Origin: Azolla caroliniana
Taxonomy: Eukaryota > Plantae > Polypodiophyta
Assembly (NCBI GenBank): GCA_043228905.1
Contig: JBHGNT010000020.1
Location: forward strand, 10,912,001-10,976,000
Direction of reading: 5' to 3'
DNA: 64,000 bases
Shown: in pieces, positions 49,101-59,615 of the stretch
Layout of the letters: each line of letters starts with the position of its first letter
How positions within the stretch are numbered: the stretch's first letter is position 1
Notes under the pieces: generated by a model
The model's database searches: none
What the model was told of the DNA's origin: nothing
What the model saw: only the letters and a program-made list of their open reading frames with translations
Translations under genes and position numbers: made by a program

Positions 49101-51681
49101 ATCTGCAACCGGTAAACAAGGTTACCATTCGTAATGTTGGTATTAGACCTAGTGTTGATGAGTTTGTTGAAGTTTTTGCAGGAAGGTCAATTTACTCGAT
49201 TGGAGACATATATTCTGGATATGTCCAATTTCAATTGTCTTTGGATAGTCGAGACATCACAACGATGCAAACTCTCATCGGACTAGTAAGGATGTGTACA
49301 TTACCGCAAGGGGAAACTAACTCGGTGGCCCACATGATGAATTCCATGAACAAAGTACTAAGAGATTGCATCCCAGATATTGCGATGCCTTTCCTCAATG
49401 ATATCCCTATAAAGGGGTGCCCTGAATCAGAGAAGGACGAGTCTTTAGATCAAGATGGATGTCGAAGATTTGTTTTAAACCATATTGAAGACTGTGGAGG
49501 AGTGCTAGAAAGACTAGAAGGTGTAGGGCTCACATTCTCCGGAGAAAAATCAGCATTTGGCCAACACGAAATCCTAGTAGTAGGACATCTTTGTGGACCA
49601 TACAGACGGAAACCCTCTCCCGAGAAGGTGAATGTTATTCAAGAGATGAGAGAGGAATGTGGAACACAGGCAGAGGTCCGAAGATTTTTAGGAGCATGTG
49701 AGTTCTACCACATATGGATTCCGCACTATGCTCATGTGGTTGAACCCATGTATAACTTACTGAAAAAAGGGAGAAAATTTAAATGGGAACCGGTACACAC
49801 AGAGGCAATGAAGAGGTTAAAAGAGCTATTGGTGGCAGCACTAGCTTTAAGGAAAGCCGTCTACAAAGAAGGGATCTCCATCTACGTCATGGTAGATACG
49901 AGTCCAACGGGAATTGGATGGGTCATCAACCAAGAAGGAGAAGATAGCACGCGGTACGCCATCCCGTTCAGAGCAAAGGTCCTGTAGTGAAGATAGACAA
50001 GGACTACTTGATCGAGTCGGAGGTGGTAATTGAAATGGATTGCCTCCCAATCCTTGGGATGATCTCCAGATGTGCGACACCAGATCTGGCTATGCTGAGG
50101 TGGATCGCTTATATCAAGTCTTTGAACCTAGAGATCCACCACATTGCTGGGAAGAACAACACCATGGCCGACATGCTATCAAGAGCAAGATTCGAGGATG
50201 AAGGTGACATGGTTTCGGAAGATGAAGATGTCACCCTAGATTTCTTCAAGCCAGCCCGATTTTTGGCAGAAGACAGAGGCATGCCAACCCTTCACGCTTT
50301 CAATGAGAACGAGTATGAAGGGGAGTGGTTACTAATCGGTAGATTCTTGAGAACAATGATTGCAAATGCTTCGTGGATGAAGGAGGAGGCTCTACAAATA
50401 TGGAAGAAAGCTTACCAATACTTTCTGAGGGGAGGATTCCTCTGGCGGCACCCAAAGAGAAGGACAGGGATACCTCGACGAGTAGTGGTGAAGAAAGAGG
50501 AACAAACAACGTTGATGTCTGAATTCCACGAGAGTCCATGGGTAGGTCATAGAGGAACGTGGGCAGCATTTGAAAAGCTAAAGGAGAAGTATTGGTGGCC
50601 GAGCATGTATAAAGATGTACTACATTTCGTGTCCACATGCGAAAACTGCCACGTACATTTGAACATACATCACCGTGATGAGTTGCGGCCAACATACCCA
50701 CTCACCATACACTTTAAATGTATGGTGAATTTGGTCTCAATGCCAATGGGAGTGGGGCAGATGAAGTACTTGGTACTAGCAACGGAAGACCTGACAAACC
50801 AGGTAGAAGGACGAGCCTTAGCAAATAAGACGACTACAACCGTATGCAAATTTCTGCTCAAAGAGGTCGTCTATCGATACGGACGTGTGGGAAAGATAGT
50901 GGTCGACCGAGGGGAGTTAGATGCACACGAAACAATGGACCTCTTCGAGCGACTAGACATAAAGCTCTCCCTCACAACTGCCTATAATCCGGAAGCAAAT
51001 GGGAAGATCGAGCGAGGGCATGGGCCAATAGTCAAAGCCATCGTACGAGCATGCAATGGTCGAGTTGGGAATTGGTCTCGATTATTACCCTATGCATTGT
51101 GGGCCGATAGAACAACACACAGTTCTGTGATGGGCTATATGCCAGTAGAGCTCATGTATGGACAGAAACCAGTAATGCCCATTGAGAGGATGATCACCTC
51201 ATGGGTAGCAATACCATTGGAGAACAAGATGAGTTGGGAAGAATTATTGGCTGCACGGATAAGGCAGCTTGAAATCAGACCCAAAGATCTAGAGAACGCG
51301 CGAAAGATAATGGAGACAGGCCGAGTGAAGAATAAGATTCGGTTCGATAAGACACACCGACTGCATTCCAAGAAGATCGAAGAAGGAGATTGGCTATTGG
51401 TCTATGACAAAAGCCTTGACAACCAACACAAGACGACAAGGAAGTTCGCAAGAAGGTGGTTCAGACTGTATGTGGTGATGAGTGCCAACGACAATGCCAC
51501 CTACCACCTCGCGGAGCTAAATAGATCAAGGCTGGCCATACCCATTCCAGAGAAAAGAGTAAATATATTCAAGAAAAGACAAGATGAGGGTCCTAACCTC
51601 GATGACCTCAGCAATGAAGATAGTACAACGGGACCCACAAACGTGAGCAAGGTCAATGAGGATGTGGAGGAAATTGATTAA
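46112..51681 (+). pseudogene. Gypsy gag-pol, interrupted by stops and frameshifts
   Basis: Gag FDGRDVTRYL and zinc knuckle CIWCDSLEHQRRDC. Protease ALIDRGSEINL. RT PYSNRWFTVPKKNG, LPQGETNS, FLNDIPI. RH VDTSPTGIG. INT HES..GHRG..CENC, YNPEANGKIER. No chromodomain. Confidence 0.88.
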
Positions 51682-53909
51682 TCACTGTAGCCGAAATCTC
51701 ACACTCACTTCTTGGCACGTACCGGAGGACGTGCGGTTTGGTGGGGGTCGATGTCGTGAAGATTTTCGCCAATAGTGTGGAAATCGCATGGAACGAGGAA
51801 AATCGAGAAGGTGCAATGTGCACACATATGAAAGGAGTGATGGTTACACATGTATGTTAGCACGTTAATGTGCACATGTGATGTGTGTTTAGGTGTTCAT
51901 TCCACAAAATATAAAAAGAAATAAGTCCAGGGCCTAATGGCATACAACGAGGTGCAAGGAAGGTTTTGAACCTTACACCTCTAGGATAGGAGGCAATTGA
52001 CATACCATTAGGCTAGGTTGTAAGTTTATTTTCTTCATCGTACTTTTCACATGTCACTGCTTATACATGAGAGATTGAATGAGGGACATGGTCATCATGC
52101 ATTGCATGTGATGCATGAGCGCCAAATGGCATGATTCATGCATTGCATGCATTTCATGCACCCTCACATGCATCATATGCATGGGGCCATCTATATAAGA
52201 AGGAAAGGAAGGGAAAGGAAATCATGCACCCTGACAAGAGAGAGGGAGAGAACGAGTGAGAGAGAAATGTTCCTTGTATTCATTCTATTGAGAATCAAGC
52301 TCAACTTGGTCTAGTGTGTGAACTCACCTTGAGAGTGAATAGACACTTCAACGGTCAAGAGTCACCATTAAGTCACCTCTTTGTATTCTAGCCTTTAGTA
52401 TGAGTCATAGAATCATATTCTATGACACATAACTTATGAGCTTTCACATTCCCCATGCTCCATGAGCCTTGTAGTTAATGAAGAGAGAGGGTGACTACAT
52501 AAAGCACCCTCCTCCCACCTTGTATAGTGTTGAGTCTTTCTCCTTTGCTAATATACTTAATCTTGCGTATACTCTGTGTCTCTCTCTCTCTCTCTCTATC
52601 TCATACACACACACACACAGTTCACACCTATTCCGCTTCACAAGAATCCATCTCTTGATTGTTTACATGGTATCAGAGCGATTTGGTAGCTCGATCTAGC
52701 CCATTCGCCTCATCGTGATCGTGTGTTGTGCTCCACGCCGACGACCAAGAACCGGCTCATCGCTATCGTAGCTTCGCTACATAACTCGCATTTGAAGAGA
52801 GAAGAAGAAGAAGAAGAAGAAGAATAGACATAATGAATACTCAAATGGGGAGCGCTCTCCCTATCGAGAAGTTGGATCAAAACAACTTCACATCTTGGGA
52901 GTACAAGATGCACCAATACCTTGTCGGACAAGGCTATTGGAGCTACCTCAAAGGAGCGCATGAAGATCGACCCGCTGAAGCGGCTCCCGGATACGCGACA
53001 TGGGAGCAAGCCGCAAGCCGCGTGATGTATTGTTTGGCGACATGTGTTCACAACCACATGCTCGGTTACATTCGAGAAGCCAAGGTGCCGAAGGAAGTGT
53101 GGGAAAATCTACGAAAGATTTTCGCCACCAACACGACTGCAAGGAAGCTTCAACTCTGCCAAGAGTTGAACAACGTTCAACAAAGGGACATGTCCATCAC
53201 GACATACACCTTGAAGATCAAGGAGCTTTGCGACTTGCTCGGCTCAATAAGCGTAAGTATAGATGTTGATGAGATGGTGCAAATAAGCCTCGGTGGCCTC
53301 GCACCACGCCGTTCTAGCATGGGAGAAATCTCCCTCCTTCTTCGAGCTCCAATCAATGCTATTGGTCGAAGAAAACCACGTGCGTACAAGGAGCAATGAG
53401 TCGGAAGACCACATGCTCTACACACACTCTAATGGAGGAAGAGGACGCGGATGAGCGAGAGGCCGATTTGGCCAAGGACAAGGCGGACGAGGTCTGACCT
53501 ACGACAACAACTCCCAATTTCGGCCGTAAAACGGAGGCCAACAAGGAACCTTCGCAAGAAGGGGGAGCTTCCACTCCGGTCCGAGCTGTCAAAACGCAAC
53601 TGAATGCGGATATTGCGGAAAGCTCGGCCACCACGAAGAAGAGTGCCGAAAAAAGATGCGTGAATCAGCTTCCACAAGCCGACAACTCATGAAATACACA
53701 CACAATTCCAACTACGAAGAGTATAGCGGAATGTACGGGCACAACTCCGACTATGAGGATCGTGGCGGAATGTACACATACAACTCCGACCGTGGTGGAA
53801 TGTTCATGATGAAACATAGAGCAAACTCTATGTCAGCCGCTACCTCAACTAGTGCCTCTGGTCCGGAAGACGTATGGTTCGTCGATTCCGGTGCCTCAAA
53901 CCATATGAC

Positions 53910-55817
53910 TGATGTTGGGAGACAAAGGCCGTCAATGCGGAAGATTAAGAAGCATTCGATTCTGTTCTGTACCTGCGTATGACAGAATCATAGATCGTGC
54001 ACAGAGATGGAGAGAGAGAGAGAGAGGCACAAAAGACTTTCTATTCCACAATGCAATAATACAACATCCAACCTTACAACAAGGTTACAAGGTCACTATA
54101 TATAGTGACCGACTTAGGGCATCTACCATTTATTCTAATTACACAAATGGCCCGAAGGGATAGTGTGAATACGTCCATTATACACTTGTATTCGACACTC
54201 CCCCGTAATGGGCGTATACATGGGTTATCTAAGATTACAGGTATAGACTTAGGTTCTCGGACATATCAGCTTTGTTCGGGTCGGCAGGGTCCGAAGGCAG
54301 AAGACCGAGCTGGTCGGGTCGGAACAGTTGAAGCCGATCATTAAGGAACTGATGTCGGTTGTCGGGAACCATCCTGCGCTGTGTCCGGCTCTAACCGGAC
54401 TGGTTTGTCGTTACGCCCATCTGATGCCGAAGAGACCGAAAGCGGTCTGCCGAAAGACACTTGGTCATTCCATCTGCGACATTGTCGGTTGTAGATATTT
54501 TCTCTAGACCGATTTTCCCTGAAATGACGCAGTCCCGAACGAAATGATATCGAATGTCGATATGTTTGGAGGCGTTGTGGTGAACCGGATTTTTCGACAG
54601 GGCAACAGCACCTTGACTGTCGCTATAGACAACTGGGGCCGAGTCATGATTGACTTGCCGAAACGTGTGCGCCAGCCGACCGAGCCATAAGGCTTCTTTT
54701 GCTGCGTCGGACGCAGCTACATATTCTGCTTCGGTCGTTGAGGTCGCTGTGCACTCCTGAAGTTTCGACTTCCACGAAATTGCTCCATTGCCGAATTTGA
54801 AGCAGTATCCAGTTGTTGATTTCCGACTGTCTATACAGCCGGCGAAGTCCGAGTCGGTGTAACCGACTACGCCTGAGGTTCGGTTCGGACCGAAGAGAAT
54901 GCCGTGGTCTTTTGTGCCAGCCAGATATCTGAACACATGCTTGACTGCGTTCCAATGCGATCGGCCGGGATTGTGCATAAATCTGCTAACGACTCCTACG
55001 ACGTGAGAAATATCAGGCCGTGTCGCGACCATCAGGTACATAAGGGAGCCGACTGCCGGTGCATACGGTACCGACTTCATATCTTCCCCCTCCGGGCCGG
55101 ATGTCGGGCAGTCTCGCTGAGAGAGCCGAAGATTCATGGGGAGCGGGGTTGAAGCAGATTTGGCTGATTGCATGTTGAAGCGTTGCAAGACACGTCGGAT
55201 ATAGTCGGTCTGAGACAAAAAAAGATGTCGTTTATCGCGATGCCGACTAATCTTCATGCCGAGTATGTGTCGTGCCGGACCGAGGTCCTTCATGGCAAAC
55301 TTCAACCGCAGTTGCCGAATGAGATCGGCAAGTTCGCCCGCGTGGCGTCCAGAAATTAGCATGTCGTCCACGTAAATGATGAGGAAGATGGGTGATCCAT
55401 CTTGAGCTGTGTTGGTGAAGAGACAATGGTCCTCATCGCTTTTTGAGAAGCCGATCGATTGAATGAAGTCGTCGAACTTCTTGTACCATTGTCGTGGTGC
55501 CTGTTTGAGGCCGTATAGACTCTGATACCAGATGTTGGGAGACAAAGGCCGTCAATGCGGAAGATTAAGAAGCATTCGATTCTGTTCTGTACCTGCGTAT
55601 GACAGAATCATAGATCGTGCACAGAGATGGAGAGAGAGAGAGAGAGGCACAAAAGACTTTCTATTCCACAATGCAATAATACAACATCCAACCTTACAAC
55701 AAGGTTACAAGGTCACTATATATAGTGACCGACTTAGGGCATCTACCATTTATGCTAATTACACAAATGGCCCGAAGGGATAGTGTGAATACGTCCATTA
55801 TACACTTGTATTCGACA
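53910..55817 (-). mobile_element. 1.9-kb internally deleted mini-Copia, very recent insertion
   Basis: LTRs 53910-54197 and 55531-55817 are nearly identical (one internal substitution seen). Perfect TSD ATGAC (53905-53909, 55818-55822). PBS TGGTATCAGAG and PPT GGGGGAG on the minus strand. Confidence 0.95.
54391..55520 (-). pseudogene. C-terminal half of Copia RT plus RNase H in the mini-element (open frame)
   Basis: SLYGLKQAPRQW, IYVDDML, YAPAVGSLMY, YTDSDFAG, KHIDIRYHF. No stops. Begins immediately after the PBS. Confidence 0.9.
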
Positions 55818-58800
55818 ATGACATCCCATAAAGAATGGTTTCTCGAACTTCGAGAGATGGAGCGACCCGGTTATGTCGAAACCGGAGATGACACTACGCA
55901 CCCGATTCGGCACATCGGCAATGTTCCATTCGGCGAAAGAGGTAAGCAAACATACATTAAAAATGTCTTGCATGTTCCCACCATCACGAAGAATTTGGTC
56001 TCGGTTGGCCAAATGGTTGAGCAAGGGATGCAAGTATGATTCGACCAAGAAGGGTACTTCATCGAAAAAGAAGGTTGAATCATCGCACACGGAAGAAGAG
56101 AGGGCCGGATGTTCATTCTCGATTCGCACGAGATGAAATCCGCCATGTTCGTGAAAAGCACGAAAGCCGACTCCGACATAGAGCTATGGCATAAGTGAAT
56201 CGGCCACATCAATCTCAACAAACTCAAAGCAATGAAATCGAAAGGAGTTGTCATCGGACTCCCGACATTCAAAGAGAAGGAGAGTGAAGGTGTATGCGAA
56301 GCGTGCCAATTCGGCAAGCAACACCGACACCCATTTCCGAAGGAGTGGAACGTGAGCAAAGGCATACTCGACGTAATTCATTCCGATGTATGGATTCCGG
56401 CTCAAACGGCGACATTCGGCGGATGCCGATATTACGTGCTCTTCATCGACGACTTTTCTAGGCACACTTGGATCTATCCGATGCGGCAAAAGAGCGAACT
56501 GTTCGGACACTTCCAAAAATTCAAGAATGAAGTCGAGAAAGCCATGGGCCGACATGTACGTTGTCTTCGATCGGATGGCGGCAAGGAATACTTCTTGGAC
56601 GATTTCACGACGTATCTCCGAAAGGAAGAAATTCGGCGAGAATTCACTTGCTGACACACTCCGCAACAAAATGGGGTAGCCGAGCGCAAAAATCGGCACA
56701 TCCTCGAAGTAGCGCGGGCAATGATGGATGAGAAGCATATGCCCAAGTCTGATTGGGCCGAAGTTGCAAATACAGCTGTCTACCTAATGAACCGGTGCAC
56801 AACATCCCGCCTGCACGAGGTCACTCCGCACGAAAGATTCTTCGGAAAGAAGCCAAACCTATCACATGTTCGGATATTCGGCTGCATTGCGTACGTGCAC
56901 ATCCCCGACGAGAAGCGTCAAAAGCTCGACCCGAAGTCGGAGAAATGTATCCTCGTAGGATACTCATTGGAGCAAAAGGGGCACAAATGCTAAAACCCCT
57001 CAACTCGAAAATCTCGAATAAGTCGAGACGTCGTTTTTGACGAGTCTGCATCCTGGTACACATTAGAGACAACTTCGACTCCGACTCCGCTCGACCCAGA
57101 ACCCACCGAACAAGAGATAGAGGATGAAGATCGCCTTACATGCATGTTCGAAGAACGTCCGATCACAACCCGACTGAGCGGACCACAAGAGCCTTTGAGC
57201 GCTCAAAGCACATCATGGCCTAGCTCGAAGATGGACAAAGGCAAGTCAAAAATGGCGGAATACGCAGACGATCACTTCAACGACGATGCGTCAACTCACT
57301 CACTTGACAGTGAGTTTGGCGGCTTCGATGTTCCAATCGGAGCTAAGAAAGCCCTCATCTCTGCAAATGAAAAGCTCTGTCGGTCCACCCGTGAAAAGAA
57401 TCCGGTCAGCCGATTCGGCTACAACGACTACATGGCATATCACTATGCCTTTATGATGAAGGTGGCGACAGTACGCGAGCTAGAAACATTCTCCGAAGCA
57501 GCCAAGGATCCGCGATGGATCGAAGCCATGAACAAGGAGATGCATGCATTACGCAAGAACGAGACGTGGGATCTCATTCCCACCTCACCACACAAAAAGG
57601 CGATCGGATGCAGATGGATTTACAAAGTGAAGTACAATGTTGACGGTTCTGTCAACCGCTACAAAGCGCGACTCGTAGCGAAAGGCTACGCTCAAACTCA
57701 CGGAGTTGACTATGAGGAGACCTTTGCCCCGGTGGCAAAGATGACGACCGTGCGGACAATAATTGCGCTTGCCACGGCGAAAGGATGGCACCTCCATCAA
57801 ATGGATGTCAAGAACGCCTTTCTACAAGGCGAATTAGAAGAGGAGGTGTACATGATACAACCACCCGGCTTCAACTCAAGCACCCATCCGAAAGCTGTAT
57901 GCCGACTCGAGAAGCCCCTCTACGGCCTGAAGCAAGCACCGCGTGCTTGGCATTCGAAGATAATGCACTATCTTCATCAAATCGGCTTCCGTATGTCAAA
58001 ATCGGACAACTCCCTCTACATACGAAGCGATTCCGCAAGTCCGATCATCATCATCTTATATGTGAATGACCTAGTCATTGGAGGTGAGCATCTCATCAAA
58101 ATCAATAAAGTCAAATCCCTCCTTTCCAACAAGTTCGAGATGACGGACATGAAGGAGCTCCACTACTTCCTCAGCATCGAGGTAATTCGGACTCCGGCCG
58201 GAATCATGATCTCTCAACGGCACTACATCCTCAACTTGTTATACAAGTTCGGTATGGCTGAGTACAAATCCGCGGCAACCCCGCTCGATCGCAATCTCAA
58301 ACTGGATGCGAACTCCGGCACCAAAGCGTGTGAGCCGACTCAGTATCGGCAACTCATCAGGAGTCTCATCTACCTCACGATCACTCGACCCGATCTCAAT
58401 TATCCGGTCGGCCTCCTTAGCCAATTCATGCAAACACCGCGTGATACTCACTTGGATTGCATTAAACGAGTTCTACGCTACGTGAGCGGCACAATGGATT
58501 GTGGCATCCTCTACAAGACCACGATGCCAATACGACTCGAGGGGTACACAGACGCTGATTGAGCCGGCTACAAAGCTGATAGAAGATCAACCTCCTGATT
58601 TGTTTTCTCCCTCGACAGCGGAGCAATATCCTGGAGTACCAAGAAGTAGCCTACCATTGCTCTTTCAAGTACGGAGGCGGAATACAGGGGCACAGCCGTA
58701 GTTGCGTGTGAAGTCGTATGGCTCAAGAGGATTTTGAAGGATCTAGGCGTACGCATCAAGGATCCGGCTTCCCTTTACTGCGACAACATGAGCAGTATCT

Positions 58801-59514
58801 ATCTAGCTCGGAACCCGATGTTCCACGCGCCGACAAAGCACATCGAAGTGCACTATCACTTCATCCGAGAGCGCGTTTTAGCTGGCGATGTCGACCTACA
58901 ACACATTAACACAAATCTTCAAACGGCCGACATCTTCACTAAAGCCTTAGGAGCCGACAAGCTATGGCAATTCATGACCAATCTCGAATTGACGCTCCCT
59001 GACCTGCCAAGCTTGAGGGGGATTACTAAAGACATTACGCAATAACGCGTGGATTCCGCGAGCCGCGCACACTACGCAAGAACGTGAAGAAAGACGCAAG
59101 CCGAAGCACAGACTTCGCAACTACGCACAACGCAAGCTGGAGCATGGATTCCGCAACTCCGCATAAAGCGAGTTGACATGAATCGACGCAGACTCCGAAA
59201 CGCGAGTCGAAGCGGATTTCCGATACTGTCTGAAACGGACCCAAGGTGAGCTTGAGGGGGCGTGTTGAGAATCAAGCTCAACTTGGTCAAGTGTGTGAAC
59301 TCACCTTGAGAGTGAATAGACACTTCAACGGTCAAGAGTCACCATTAAGTCACCTCTTTGTATTCTAGCATTTAGTATGAGTCATAAAATCATATTCTAT
59401 AACACATAACTTATGAGCTTTCACATTCCCCATGCTCCATGAGCCTTGTAGTTAATGAAGAGTGTATAGTGTTGAGTCTTTCTCCTTTGTTAATATACTT
59501 AATCTTGCGTATAC

Positions 59515-59549
<35 letters not shown>

Positions 59550-59615
59550 ATCTCATACACACACACACACAGTTCACACCTATTCCGTTTCACAAGAATC
59601 CATCTCTTGATTGTT

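Larger units (their letters stand above)
39149..52285 (+). mobile_element. Ty3/Gypsy LTR retrotransposon (non-chromovirus, Phygy/Selgy-like), degraded, with nested Copia insertions
   Basis: LTR copies start TGTCATGAAAAT (39149) and TGTCGTGAAGAT (51752) and share ~470 bp. PPT-like TGGTGGGGG lies before 51752. PBS-like TGGTGAGCCTGACG at 46079. Domain order is gag-PR-RT-RH-INT. Confidence 0.88.
52286..59615 (+). mobile_element. Ty1/Copia LTR retrotransposon (Copia-B, same lineage as Copia-A), degraded
   Basis: LTRs 52286-52667 (TG mutated to TA) and 59263-59615 (last 4 nt missing). PBS TGGTATCAGAGC at 52668-52679. PPT GAGGGGGCG. Gag at 52833, protease WFVDSGASNHM, INT, and RT/RH to ~59045, with many stops. 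Confidence 0.93.
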
